Shown here: positions 13,795 to 26,860 of the stretch, piece by piece | Layout: each line of letters starts with the position of its first letter | How positions within the stretch are numbered: position 1 is the stretch's first letter | Source: Podarcis melisellensis | Lineage: Eukaryota | NCBI GenBank assembly: GCA_964234715.1 | Contig: OZ174282.1 | Direction: 5' to 3' (one strand) | Length of the DNA: 64,000 nt | Position numbers and translations under genes: made by a program | The notes under the pieces: generated by a model | What the model was told of the DNA's origin: nothing | Database searches by the model: none | The model's input: only the letters and a program-made list of their open reading frames with translations

Positions 13795-16020
13795 CCCGCC
13801 ACTTAATGGATCCAATTGGCTTCCAGAGAGTGGTAGGGGATGTTTTATACCAAGTTGATGGCCTTTCAGCTGATTCCCTGGTGGCCCGCTGGAATGCGGA
13901 GTTAACCAGGGCTCTTGACTGTCTGGCTCCGAAGCGCCCTCTCCGATTGCATGGGGCCCAGACAGCCCCGTGTTTTTCCCCGGAGCTGAGGGTGATGAAA
14001 CAATCATTGAGATGGCTAGAGCGCTGGTGGCAGAAAACTCATTCTGAATCAGACCGGACACGGGCTAGAGCTCAACGTCGAGCCTACCAAGTGGCAATGG
14101 CGACGGCGAAGAGGGCCTTCTTCACCGCCTCCATTGCATCTGCAGAAAACAGTAGCAGGAGACTTTTTCAGGTGGTTCGCAATCTATCGGAACCACCTGC
14201 ACCACCGGGGCCTGGTAGGGACCCCAAGATCTCCTGCAATGCTTTTGCAAAGTTCTTTGCAGATAAAGTCACTCAGATTCAGAAGGAGGTAGACTCCACC
14301 GTGGGAGCAGGGCCAGGGTGGGAGAGTGCTAGAGTTCTGTCTAGTCCTGTTACATGGGATGGATCGATTCCAATCTGTTACTTCCGAGGATGTGGACAGG
14401 CTGCTTAGACAAGTGAAACCGACCACCTGTCTCCTTGATCCTTGCCCATCCTGGCTGATAAAAGCAATTCGGGAAGGGCTGGGCAATGGGCTCTGCGGGG
14501 TGGTGAATGCTTCCCTCTGTGAGGTAGCCTTCCCAGACCTGATGAAAGAGGCGGTCATTAAATGGCTTCTTAAAAAAACATCTTTAGACCCAGCCAATTT
14601 GGCCAACTATCGCCCAGTCTCAAATTTACCATTCTTGGGCAAGGTGATTGAGCAGGTGGTTGCCAAACAACTCCAAGCACGCCTGGAGGATGCAGACCAT
14701 TTGGATCCCTTCCAATCGGGATTCAAGCCTCACCATGGGACTGAAACTGCCTTGGTCGTGCTGGTTGATGATCTCCAGTGGACTAGGGACAAGGTGAGAG
14801 CTGTTTCCTAGTTCTGTTGGATCTCTCAGCGGCCTTTGACACCATCGACCATAGCATCCTTCTGGACCATCTAGAGGGGCTGGGAGCTGGGGGCACTGTT
14901 ATACGGTTGTTCCGCTCCTTTCTCCTGGGCCGTGTCCAGAAAGTGGTGGTGGGGGATGAGTGTTCAGACCCCTGAGCTCTCACTTGTGGGGTGCCTCAGG
15001 GTTCCGTCCTCTACCCCATGCTTTTTAATATCTATATGAAGCCGCTGGGAGAGATCATTAGGGGGTTTGGGCTGGGTGTTCATCAGTATGCAGATGACAC
15101 CCAGCTCTACCTCTCCTTTAAATCAGAACCAGTGAAGGCGGTGAAGGTCCTGTGTGAGTGCCTGGAGGCTGTTGGAGGATGGATGGCGGCTAACAGATTG
15201 AGGTTGAATCCTGACAAGACAGAAGTACTGTTTTGGGGGGACAGGGGGCGGGCGAGTGTGGGGGATTCCCTGGTCCTGAATGGGGTAACTGTGCCCCTGA
15301 AGGACCAGTCCAAAATGACTCCCAGCTGTCCATGGAGGCACAGGTTAATTCTGTGTCCAGACAGCTGTCTACCAGCTCCACCTGGTACGCAGGCTATGAC
15401 CCTACCTGCCCGCGGACTGTCTTGCCAGAGTGGTGCATGCTCTAGTTATCTCCCGCTTGGACTACTGCAACACGCTCTACGTGGGGCTACCTTTGAAGGT
15501 GACCCAGAAACTGCAATTAATCCAGAATGCGGCAGCTAGACTGGTGACTGGGAGTGGCCACCGGGACCACATAACACCAGTTCTGAGAGATCTGCATTGG
15601 CTCCCAGTACGTTTCCGAGCACAATTCAAAGTGTTGGTGCTGACCTTTAAAGCCCTAAATGCCCTTGGTCCTGTATACCTGAAGGAGCGTCTCCAAACCC
15701 ATCGTTCAGCCCGGACACTGAGATCCAGTGCCGAGGGCCTTCTGGTGGTTCCCTCATTGCGAGAAGTAAGGTTACAGGGAACCAGGCAGAGGGCCTTCTC
15801 GGTAGTGGCGCCCACACTGTCGAATGCCATCCCATCAGATGTCAAAGCAATAAACAACTATTTTACTTTTAAAAGACAACTGAAGGCAGTCCTCTTTAGG
15901 GAAGTTTGTAATGTCTGATGCTGTACTGTTTTTAATATTCAGTTGGAAGCCGCCCAGAGTGACTGGGGAAACCCAGCCAGATGGGCGGGGTATAAATAAT
16001 AAATTATGATGATGATGATA
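13795..16020 (+). mobile_element. L2 LINE, 5'-truncated ORF2 with frameshifts and stops, 3' tail intact
   Basis: Fragmented ORFs with [71 protein letters not shown] and LHWLPV; ends gggtataaataataaattatgatgatgat. Confidence 0.95.
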
Positions 16021-18314
16021 TTGGGGGGATGTGCTGACCTCACCTTCCACCCCTTACCTGTGCATGTTTAGCACTAATGTCTGCAAGGAAAATCTAACCA
16101 CATTTAACTGAACATGGATAGAATCCCTAGGTTGTAACCAACCAACCAACTTGTATTCAGAGTAGAAATATTGAATTTAATGGACGTAAGTTGGTAATGG
16201 GCATAAATTTCAATGGGTGCACTCTAGTTATAGTTAGTTGAATACAACCCCAGCCTTTGATTGGGAAACCTGGTTCTGGGTCCAGAATATAAGCATCATT
16301 TCCCGTCCTCGTGATGAGGGAGAAATCTGAATCAGTCCATATTTAAAGGTTAATCTACCTAATTTGCACTTTCTGATACAGAGTTAACTGCAGCATAGCC
16401 ATCCTTTGAAATTCACATTTCTCTGAATTTTGCATTGCAGTTCATTGCAGTGATGTGTACACAATTACATATACTAAAATGCACATTTAAATTGATATAT
16501 TGGTGAAAGTAACCTACAAAATGCATTGTATATGGGGGAAATGGTCTGTGGACTTGTCTGTACAGTAGTAGGCAACACTGAATATAAAAATGCATACATT
16601 AGGAGAAATTTGCACTGCTCTGGACCTATGATGTTATTCTCATCAAGTCAAGCAGTTAGTTTATTTAACAGATGTTTGGCGTACAATTTCCCAATGCTTG
16701 ACAGTAGACTTATTGGCCGATAGTTGGACGGCAGCTTTTTCTCACCCTTTTTAAAGATTGGAATAATTATAGATTGCTGCCATGAGTTAGGCATAATACC
16801 AGATCTATCTATCATAGTGAACCTTTATTTTATTTTTTATTATAGTGTAAAAGAAAGAACTGGAGAAAACAACAAAAAACATTGTGGGGTTATTTTCTGA
16901 AATTCTATGGACAGCTGTCTCTCCATTTTAAAATGTGTGGTTCTGAATTTTCTGTTATTGGGTGACTCCTGCATTGTAAAAATAGCCTATCATTCGCAGC
17001 ACAGTCTTCGGGGAAGGGAGAAAGAAGGAAGGAGACTGTTGGCCCCCTGCAGAGGGAACAAACACTCTGTTTTAGCAAACCACTTCAATGCAAACTGCTT
17101 CGAAACAGAGCCCCCTCAGATGCACTAGAGAACTTCCTAGTATAGCAGATCTCTATGGTTCCACCTGTCACTGCTGATCAGCTGTGAACACTTTTCAAAG
17201 GAGAAGTGGAGAGCTCACTTTAAGCTCCTGATTGTTCTTTTGTAGCTATATCCTTCCTTGGCCAACAGATGAGGTCAGTGTGGTTTGGGGGAAAATGACC
17301 TTGTGGGCCAAATTGGGACCTAATTAGGCCCAAGGGCTGTAAGTTCCCCACTGTTAACACAGGGTAAATCAGGCTGAGATGTAGGTTTGATTCTAAGATC
17401 TCATGTGAAATGAGACATAATGTGAGACAAGGTCATTTCCTTCCTCTCCTCAACTCACTCTCAGACCCACAAGAATGTGAGAATCTAGCTATGTCTGGTC
17501 TCCAAGCCATGACCTCAGACCAAACTTTATAGCCCTCCTCTCCATCTCACAGACATCTGGAAACCTTTGTCTGGTTGAAATTGATTGATTTCTGCAGCTT
17601 ACTGAATTTCTTAGTGCGCCCTTATGAATCAAATGCGAACTCCAATTCTTTGCCTTTCTTATTGTAAATTGCTGAAAATTCTTGGTCACGTTTATGGGAA
17701 ATTTGTGACTGAATAGTCTGAATAGATCTGAATAGACTAGCAAAGCAAATGGATTGATTATTTGGGTCATCAGCTTGCTGTTGAGCTGTTGCCAGTGCTG
17801 CCTTTGCTTAATTTTTTTTTAGATACAGTATAATAATTCAGAGGAATCTTTACATTGTAAAGTAAGTATCTATGTGTCTTATCATGTGCATGAAACCTCC
17901 AAAAATTAGATGAGCCATAAACTTTTGTCACAGCTGCAGTGCCATACACTGGATAGTCATTACTGGAATGGAATTGATGAAATGCCAAAACTAATCATAA
18001 TGAAAGGGTGTGGCGATCTGTAACCCATCATCATCACCATCATTATTTTAGGACATTGGCATTTTGAATATGCAGCCACAGCCCCATTAATCCTAATGGG
18101 TGATTCAGATGCCCGGGGCATGCTTTTATACTGGAGTAATGACAGCTAACAGCTATATCGTAATTCAGAGGACAACAAAATGAAATGTAAATACTTGGAA
18201 AATTCAGAAAATGCAACTCATTTGCTATGACAATGGATTCCAGCTAGATGGGACGGAGTAGACACATATAGGCAGAAGCTCTAGTGGTCATATCCATACA
18301 ACAAATGTAAGCCA

Positions 18315-18641
18315 GGCCATATCTGCAGCATACATTTAAAGCAGTATTATACCATTTTAAATACTCACGGCTTCCCCACAAGGGTTCTAGGAAGCATAGT
18401 TTGTTAAGAATGCTGAGTTGTTAAGAGATTCCTAATTCCACCACAGAGCTACAATTCTCAGAGGTTTAACAATCAATCTCTCTTCCCATGAAACTATAGG
18501 AATTGTAGCCCTGTGGGTAGAATAAGGGTCTCCGAGAAACTCTCAGCAACCTTAACAACAGCTGATGGGATATTTTAGGGAAAGACATGACTGTCCAGGT
18601 GGTGTAGTAGGGCTTTAAATGTATGGTATGGATGTGGCCCC
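18315..18641. mobile_element. Palindromic MITE (long inverted arms)
   Basis: ggccatatctgcagcatacatttaaagc / gctttaaatgtatggtatggatgtggcc; partial second copy at ~12720-12980. Confidence 0.65.
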
Positions 18642-18737
18642 AATTTAGAACCTGTTCATTCTTATGATTTTTAGGCTCCTTGGAAAAGAGACCTGTCCTG
18701 CAATAAACTGTAACATGCCATAGATGGTACTAAATAG

Positions 18738-19072
18738 GGGCAGTGTGTCTCGTTTTGCTGCTTGAGGTGGAACAGGAAGTGCTACTTTGCAATGCCGCCA
18801 GCTACCTGCTCCTGCTGCTGCCATGAACCTTGTTGTATCTGCCACTGGCGGAGAAGCGGCACTGCCGATGGTACTGATTTTGGGCAAGTTCATGCTAATT
18901 TTGCTTGAGATCTCACTCAAAATGTATGCGCTCTTGCCCGAAATGGGCGCTGCTGGCAGTGGTGCTTCTCTGCCACTGGCAGAAGTGGTGCGGCACCTCT
19001 GGGTGTGCCGCCGGGGTGCTTTTGCCACCTGACACTGCAGCCTCACCTTGGCTAATAGCTAGGCTGTCTCTG
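18738..19072. mobile_element. GC-rich MITE-like element with internal palindrome
   Basis: CpG-rich island; imperfect inverted repeat at 18839-18982 centred on GAGATCTC. Confidence 0.5.
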
Positions 19073-19668
19073 GTGCGCCACACACACACACACACACACT
19101 GCATTAATGGTAAAAAGCTTTCTTTCACTATATCATCACTGCTGACAGGAAGGTCCAGAGAAAAAGCATGTACTAGAGGAAGCTGCTCTATAAACCAGAA
19201 CAACCAGCAAATCATATTTTCTAGTAAGTAAAAAATGCCATCTTGGAAGTGGTACAGTCCACTTTGCTTTCTCAGACAGCTATCACCTTGTTTTCCAGAA
19301 AGCCTGAATTTCTAAGAGGAAAGGAATTACGGGGTTTTGATTTGGAAAGCTGATTTTTCAGCAGAGTTCATATGAGCAGCAAATTCTTTTGGAGGAACGA
19401 CAAGGGGAGTCTAATAGATTTTGGCATAAACAAAGTGAGTAAAAAGAGGGAAGGAGAGAATGTGAAACTTAAACAGCAATTAGCTGTGGCTGACCCAGGG
19501 GGGACGATAACGACACAGCAAAATGCCTACTTCGCTCCCCAAATGGAATCCCTAATGGTGCAATTTTATCTTCCAGCTCAGCAGATGGTCAATAACCTTC
19601 CCGGGAGATTGTATTTCTTACCTTCCTTCATTTGCTTCTCCAGCAGAGAAATTACAGTTCAGATTTCA

Positions 19669-19670
<2 letters not shown>

Positions 19671-19712
<42 letters not shown>
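19671..19712. repeat. (AT)n microsatellite
   Basis: Direct reading. Confidence 0.95.
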
Positions 19713-19714
<2 letters not shown>

Positions 19715-19859
19715 TTTTTGGTAAAGAAAAAGGTGTTCTTCCCCCACCCTTAAATCTATGTGCATTAGCATGGTCTGCTTAAAGATGTGAGGGGATCGTG
19801 GCCTTCGTGCTACCCCCTGTTAATCCAAACAAAATGATTGAGAGAAGCATCTGTATAGA

Positions 19860-20830
19860 CGTGGAGCGGGGGGAGTAGAGCAAAGAATGTGAAATTAAAA
19901 TGTAAATCAAAAAGTAATTGGCTTTTTGTGCATAGTTTAGATAAGATTTACTTTTGAAAAATGGCTTTGTGTTGGAAACTCAGCGGGCCCATCTCCATGT
20001 GGCACGTTCACACTTAATAATGGCAACCAATCTAGGCCATAAATATTGCAAACAACGCCATTTGAATGAGAAGCCCTATGAACCATAATAAACCCCCCGT
20101 GATTAATTCCAAAATGGCTCTGTTCGTATTAGACCTGCGGTGGCCTCCCTGATGAGATCAATACAGTGTAGCCGAGTGGTTCTGATAGAAGCGTTATTAT
20201 CTTTTAATCTTCAGGAGAATGGCAACTTTCTCCTGTTTCTCTCTCTCTCTCTCGAATACTTTGCCTCACTTGCGCTCTTTTTTTCTTTTCTCAGAGCAAC
20301 CTTGAAGGTGCTCATTTTGAGGTTGGTTCTCTTTTTCTCCCCAGCCCCACCCGCAACATCTCCTGAAATGAAGATACATTAGAGCCTTTTCAAGGATTTA
20401 TCAATAATATGACACGGTCACTGTTTGCAGAGCCAACAGCTAAAAGGCACATTTGTATGCTGAGACTTACAATTGGTCACAATGACCTTCCCTGTCAGCC
20501 TCGATTTCTGCAGCAGACAAATGCCTTCAGTGAATGAGCGGTAAAAGGACAGACATTTGCAAAGGGGTGGGGGGGAGAGGGAGGGAATTGGCGGGGAGAA
20601 GGGGAGGGGAGACGGCAGCATATTGTTCTCCAAGAGGCCAGAAACAACTTGTTAGAAGCTCGGCGGCATACATTATGCTTAGCACAGCCATCTCATTCCT
20701 TGACATGTAGCCTCTGTTAATGGCAATACACGGCCAGTTTACAGTTTCCTTTGGTTAAACAATGAGATTAAAGCTGGCATTAAAGGTGCAGCTGCAGAGG
20801 AACCAATTAGGAAGCAGAGGCTTGCTCTGC
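19860..20830. promoter_or_regulatory. Candidate conserved non-coding element / enhancer cluster
   Basis: Complex sequence without recognisable transposons, with retained CpGs and clustered TAAT/CCATAAA/ACAAT/TGACCTT motifs; conservation not verified. Confidence 0.3.
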
Positions 20831-21527
20831 TCTGGACTCCTGGAATCCAAATAGCATGATGTAGCTAAATGATCAGTCCCCTTTCTCCTCAGTCCCAAAT
20901 ATTTTGTGTGTGTGCACACACACGCACAAAATTTTATTTGGGAAAATAGTGGGGTCGCGGCCAGGGGGGAGTTGACTGCACAACCACAATTCCCCTGCCG
21001 CAATATAGGGAGGGGAGAAAAGAAAAGGATATAAAGAAAATGCTATTTTTAAAGGGCAGGGTGAAAGTGGTAATAGTCGATTTCCAGAGAGGAAAAGCAG
21101 ACCATAGAGAGAGAAATGTCTAGAGCACATTAATGGTGCACATAGTCCAGAACAGCTGTGTGATATCTCATCAACACCTAGGGAAATAGTACAGCTGTTT
21201 CAATATGCAGAATAAGTCAGGTTTTTTTGAGCTCTCAAACAAATTGGGGGGGGGGGTGAACAGAGATGACATGGGAGGAAAAAGTCTTGCTCACCACATC
21301 CTGCAGATGTTCTGTAAAAAGTGAGTGAGCAAATCATGGCTATTCCACATCAAATGCCCAGTGTGGAAGAAACCCTTCCCTTTGTTTCAGATAAAATGTG
21401 ATTATTTCTCTGACACACTTATCTTTGTGGCTAACATCAGCTTCTACCCAGTGAAGTTCTGTTTAGATGGCCATGAAGAATACATATGTGTGAGGCTCAT
21501 GTCCCCTGGGCCATACCTAATCTCTAC

Positions 21528-21944
21528 TAGGGACTGGGTGGAGGGTGGCTTGGTTCAAATTTCAATGTGAACGTACCTAATTCACACATTCCAAAATTAT
21601 ACTCAAACTGATACCCAGCTATCTTACTCAACTTGCACTTCCTCAAATTTTTGATGCTGTTCTCCAAAGAAACAAAGTGCAAAAAAGGACACACTAGGAT
21701 AAAGTGTGCTAAGAAATACATGTATTAATGAAAATAAATACATAAATGCATTGTAGTAGGGGAAATCACATTAAAATGTGTAAATTAGGATAATTTCTCA
21801 ATATGTTGCTGATTAATTTTCATGAGAGCTTTTTGTTTTTTAAAAAAATCTGAAACTGACGTGGAAATGTGGAGAAATGAACTTATGACTGAAAAAAAAA
21901 TGGATCCTGAGAGAAATAGAAATTGACAAATTCACTGATACCTA
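21528..21944. mobile_element. Old AT-rich non-autonomous DNA transposon (TAGGG...CCTA ends, hAT-like)
   Basis: tagggact...gataccta ends; similar internal AT-rich text at ~16313-16620, 29139-29441, 38070-38520 and 40330-40505. Confidence 0.45.
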
Positions 21945-22865
21945 GTCATGCCCACTTTTGTACTTTTGATATATCAGGTCAATAAATATTTATAGTTTGT
22001 TGCCATAGGCCATTGCAGATTATATATACTGGTGGAATTGCCATTGCCAACGGTCACCTTAAAGAAAGGTGATCATGTTGTCAGATTCCTCAAGTCATAG
22101 GATCGAAAAATAGCTGGTGGCTTGGAATGTTGCCTTTGTGGGTTTTGCTATTATTTCAGATATGAAGAGGACTGATAAGGGATCACTGGAAATTTCTGTG
22201 TAAGCAAATGGTCTCTAGCAGGCTCCCACTAGCAATGCTAAGTGGTTTTGCAAGTGTAATCCCTCTTTTTAGTTTTGTTCCCATTTAATTGAATTAGGAA
22301 CACATAACAACTAAAAGAGGTTACTTTCATGTCCTTTACTCTGTGGTATGTATTTGCCGCATAATGATTTTCATAAAGAAAAAAAAAAGTGATGCTGTGC
22401 TTGGCAAAGAATGCTTTTTTTGGTCCCCCATAACAATTATAATTCATATTCATGTCCCTGCTTCATGCTTTAAATTTTAATCAGTGTTAATTAAAAGTAT
22501 TTTTTCCAGGCTCCTTTTTTCATTTTAATTTGTGAAAACACATGCGGACTTTCTGACAATGGTTAAGCCTTCAGAGAGATGTTGCTACCAATTGTGATAG
22601 ATGTCTACAATAAATAAATAAATAAAGACCAAGTTGTAGCCCGTCCAAAATCACTGGAGGTTCTTGCTGTCTACTCAACTTTTGCTGACTTTATTTACTG
22701 ACATTAAAAAAAAATTGTCTTTCTCCTCCCATTTCATTCTTATAACAACTCAGTGCGTTAGGCTAGGCTGAGAGTCACACAGTTGAGTTTCATAATGGAA
22801 TTGGGATATGAACCCACAAACAATTCTGTGTATTCATCTTCTCTATATGTTCTTTTCTAGTGTGG

Positions 22866-23001
22866 TAGGACTGGGGAACAGGTGGCCCTCCAGATGTCAT
22901 TGAACTACAACTTCCATTATGCCTGACTCCTGGCCATGATGGCTGGACATGTTGGAAGTTATGGTCGGAAACATCTGAAAGGCCGCAGGTCCCCAGCCCT
23001 G
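22866..23001. mobile_element. Short palindromic hAT-like MITE (dispersed family)
   Basis: ggactggggaacaggtggccctccagatg...actacaacttcc...catctgaaaggccgcaggtccccagccctg; relatives at ~1538-1648, 4650-4810, 26901-26980, 38768-38870, 49275-49395 and 58556-58696. Confidence 0.7.
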
Positions 23002-23147
23002 TGACCTAGATTTGAGTTGTGTGAATGGATGTCATGCTAGAGCAGTCAGAAGTATAGCGTTCCCTTTTCGCTGAGGCTGATGGTCTTCCAAAACCTATGG
23101 GGGCCATCTGGTTGGGAAAGGCTTCAAAGGTGTAGAGGGACAATTAT

Positions 23148-23230
23148 GTTCTGGTAACCGCTAGGTTAGATTACTATAGCGCATTATATGTGGGGCTGCC
23201 TCTGAAGACTGTTCAGAAACTTCAGTTGGA
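23148..23230 (+). mobile_element. Short L2 ORF2 fragment
   Basis: Translates [26 protein letters not shown], matching L2 [23 protein letters not shown]. Confidence 0.7.
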
Positions 23231-24461
23231 AAAGAAATCCCAGAACTGTGCCTAAAAATGCAGCACAAAAGAAAGTGTGGATAAGCCCTTATCGGTATTA
23301 TTTTCACCCCACTTAATAACCCTTTTGGATTCTCAAAACATTTCACAATTAAAAGCACCAAAAATTCCAATAAATATTGTAGGCAGTGTCATGACTGGGC
23401 TATTGTCCTCCCCATTATATTTCTCTTTCCATTCTCTACATTGTCTCTCAGAACTAGCAGCTGTGGTACCATGTCTTGTGTACTTTTCCTACTTAATTAA
23501 CTTAGCACATATAGAGATTTCATTCATAAGTTGCTCTCATGTGGTGTATCCGAAGTTGCTATGGTTTCATGGCTCTATTAGCCCTGCGTGTTTTCAAGTC
23601 CCAGAAGAAATGAACGAGAAATTCTAAGAGACCTTTTTTGTTGAAAAGCTGACATTCTTGAGAGATTGCAACAAGAGATGTTTGTGCTATGTTTGTGTTT
23701 GTGTGTGTGATTTCTAAAGAGTGTTCTTGGTTAGGAGTAACCCTTACAGACTTAGATAAAACCGATCACTTCTGTTTTTATGGATGAAAGTTCTCTTGAT
23801 GATCTACTGAGGAAGTCTCTAACACTTTCCCCCTTTACTCCGAGAGGTGAAGATTAGGTAGTGGTAATTGGAACTTTTTAAATTGGTAAGAATGTGCTGA
23901 TCTATTCATGTTCCAGCTGAATTTTTTTTTATCAGATCCTATTGAAAGATTCTCATTAGATTTCCTTTCTTCCATCTATACTTGTTTAGAGAAAAGTATT
24001 AATCAGCCCAGAGATGCAAACAGATATAAAGAAGCAGAGGGAAAGTAGATATTCCAGACTGTAGAAATATGTAGTTTGATCAAGTTGGTTGGCTAAACTT
24101 TTTTAAAAATCCACCAATTCATTCATAGCAACTACTTTAACATATTAGCTCCTGGAAATGACTTACTTCAAACATCTTTTGATCATTTCTCATGGTGATT
24201 CTTATGGCACCTGAAATCGTATGAGCTTTGGGTTTTCTGACAACATTCTTTGACCCCAGAGGCACATTTGGGGATGTACTGGAAGACTGCCACATATAAA
24301 ATTTTGTTAATATGGATGAGATCTATCAATTATTGTTAGTGCATGGAAGTTCATTAATAAGGTATTCATCGTACCAGGTTCTTAGGCAGAGCTATGAAAA
24401 TGTATTTATGAATTGACTGGCTTTTTATCAACATATGATCTGCATTCAACTACTAGCAACT

Positions 24462-24835
24462 CTAAGATGAGTCCTGCTGGACCAGACCAAAGGTTTGTCT
24501 AGCCCCACACCCTGTTTCTCACAGTGGGCAAACTAATGCCTTTGGGTAGCCCACAAGCAGGACACAAGCGCAATAACCCACACCTGTTCCCCAGTGATGG
24601 GAAATTCAGAGGCAACCTCAGCACTTTGAGGCAGCATATGACCATCATGATTTGCAGCCATTGATATCTTTTATGAATTCATCTAATCTCCTTTTACAAC
24701 CATCCAAGCTAGTGACAATTGCCCATCTTGCAGCAGCATGCAGCTAACTGAATGCTAGGTGAAGAAGTTCCTCCTATTGTCTGTCCTAAATCTCCCACCA
24801 TTGAGTTTCACTGAATGGCCAGTTCGGGATTCTAT
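24462..24835 (-). mobile_element. Old CR1-like 3' end
   Basis: taagatgagtcctgctggaccagaccaaagg...catctaatctccttttacaaccatccaag...ctgtcctaaatctccca; same family as 5947-6110, 26615-26860 and 52205-52640. Confidence 0.6.
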
Positions 24836-26145
24836 TATTTGCATATGTAAATGGAATTAGACTAAGCAGTTCAATAGGGTTCTATTTTTAAAGCTCTTTA
24901 GGTCCATTGCCTTCCCCTTCTCCAACCAAAGTTTCATGGATTACTCTGTCTCCCTTCTGCTTACTCTTTTGTCTACCTTTTATTTGTTCTCTTTTGACAT
25001 GGCTGTGTTGGTGACTGTAGCATTGTGATTCCATTTCCTGCAGCCACTCTAGCTTGAAGCCACATTGAATATCTAGCATGGAACCATGTTTGACCCTTCG
25101 TTTGGTCAGCTTGTGCTTTGGTCAGCCCAGTGCCAATGTGCTGGGCTAGTCCAAGATATTTTGCCGCCTGAGGCACAAAGGACAGGAAAGTGTCCTTGCC
25201 CAGGTTACAAGTACAGAAGCTGATCAGACTGATGATGGAACAGTCTACTCTGCTATACCTGAAGGTAGCAGTCTAGTTTACAGGGTGCAGGGACACAGGG
25301 AACACAGTTTTGTCCTCTAACACATTGCCACCATTCTTATTCCTTACCATCTCCTGCCTAAGATGGCTATCTCATGCTACGTCATGGTAAGGCTTCTTTA
25401 ACCCTTATGCAACTATCAAGAAAAAAGCTGCCATTGGAGGGATTCCTAAAGGATGTTGTAGTGAACCTCAACTCTGGATGTCAAACATGGCCACCAGGCC
25501 ACTTGGGTCTCTCCTCAGGCCACACCCTCTCTCTCTGGGCCATGCTCCTCACTGCCCTTGCTTCACACCCTTATTTAGTGTTTTTGCCTGCCTGGAATGC
25601 GCCCTTGAACTCTGATAATGACACTTGCTTCCCTGGATAGAGGGAGTGTGTGTGTGTTGAAACTAGTCTAGTGCAAAAAGCAGCATTCATTTTAAAATCA
25701 GATGCACCACCTATTTTGGCCACCACTTGCATGTGGCCCCCAGAGGGCAATGTAGCCTTCAGGCAGAAAGAAGTCTTCCTATCTGGCCTGAATTTGCACC
25801 AGAGCAAAGTCAAAAACAACAGCATTGTAAATACCCTCATTCTCTTTCTGGATATGGAGCTCTCTAGCTCTGTTCCTGAAGGTTTTTCGTTGTTGTTGTT
25901 TTGTACTGCTTTCCTGTGCAAGAAGCCAAAGCAATCATCCCTGCAATGAATAAGAGGACTGAAGCTGCAAGAGGAAACCAAAGATCTGGGTGGAGTGTCA
26001 AATTGCACTGCTGCTGTGGTGGTGAACATAGCAATACAGGCTCCAATAAACAAGAGGAATGCTGTGCTGGTAAATGAGAGAGGGAAGTAGGTTATAATTA
26101 CTTTAAGCACAAAAGGAGGCAAAAGTATTGGTTTTGAAAGCAATT

Positions 26146-26180
<35 letters not shown>
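26146..26180. repeat. (TG)n(AG)n compound microsatellite
   Basis: Direct reading. Confidence 0.9.
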
Positions 26181-26614
26181 ATGCATTTGTGTCATGATAA
26201 CAGCAAGGAAAAGAGGGTGAAAGAGGCAGACAGAAGTAGCATGCAGGGGATGGAACTAGGCGAGGGAGGCCATCAAGTCATGTCATCCACACTCAGGACC
26301 TGCAAAGTGGCTTGAATGGAAACTGGCATTAGAGACAGTAGGGGTTTCATTTATCGAAATAGGAAAGGCAGAAGGTGCCAGCAAAAGAATTTTTGTTGTT
26401 TGTTTGTAGAAGGGGCGGGGGGGGGGGGGAGAGCAGACAGCAGGGAAAAGAAAGCATATATTGGAATAGTAACTCAAGTATAACCAGCAATAATCATAGT
26501 ACTGCTTGACACTCACTCAATGCATAGAAGCCCACCATCACTGCAGAAAGTAGATGAGTATGTTTAAGCTTATTTCACTGATTTGCAAGGTTGTGTAGAG
26601 GGAATAAAACACAC

Positions 26615-26860
26615 CCAGAAGTCTAGCAAATTCCTTATGGAGGATATGGCTTTCAGAGCTTAATGGCTATGCTCTACCTCCACTGTCCGAGGCAGAATGC
26701 CTCTGAATATCAGTTGCTGGGAATCACAGATGGGGAGAGTGTTGTGGTGCCCAGGACCTGCTTGCAGGTTTCCCATAGGCATATGCCAGGCCAGTGTGAG
26801 GAACAGGATGCAAGACTAGGTGAGCCTCTGGCCTGATCCAACAGGGCTCTCCTTCCATTC
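26615..26860 (+). mobile_element. Old CR1-like 3' UTR
   Basis: aaattccttatggaggatatggct...ccagtgtgaggaacaggatgcaagactagg...ggcctgatccaacagggctct; reverse complement resembles 24462-24660. Confidence 0.55.

Noticed and set aside
23202-23220. CTGAAGA...GAAAC as a hammerhead ribozyme core
   Set aside because: It is L2 coding sequence (LPLKTVQKL) and lacks convincing stems; other CTGANGA hits (6477, 20150, 43775, 54837) also lack the required helices.
25571-26143. 190-aa minus-strand ORF
   Set aside because: No domain motif, non-ATG start, and it overlaps an old MITE-like repeat at ~25470-25790.
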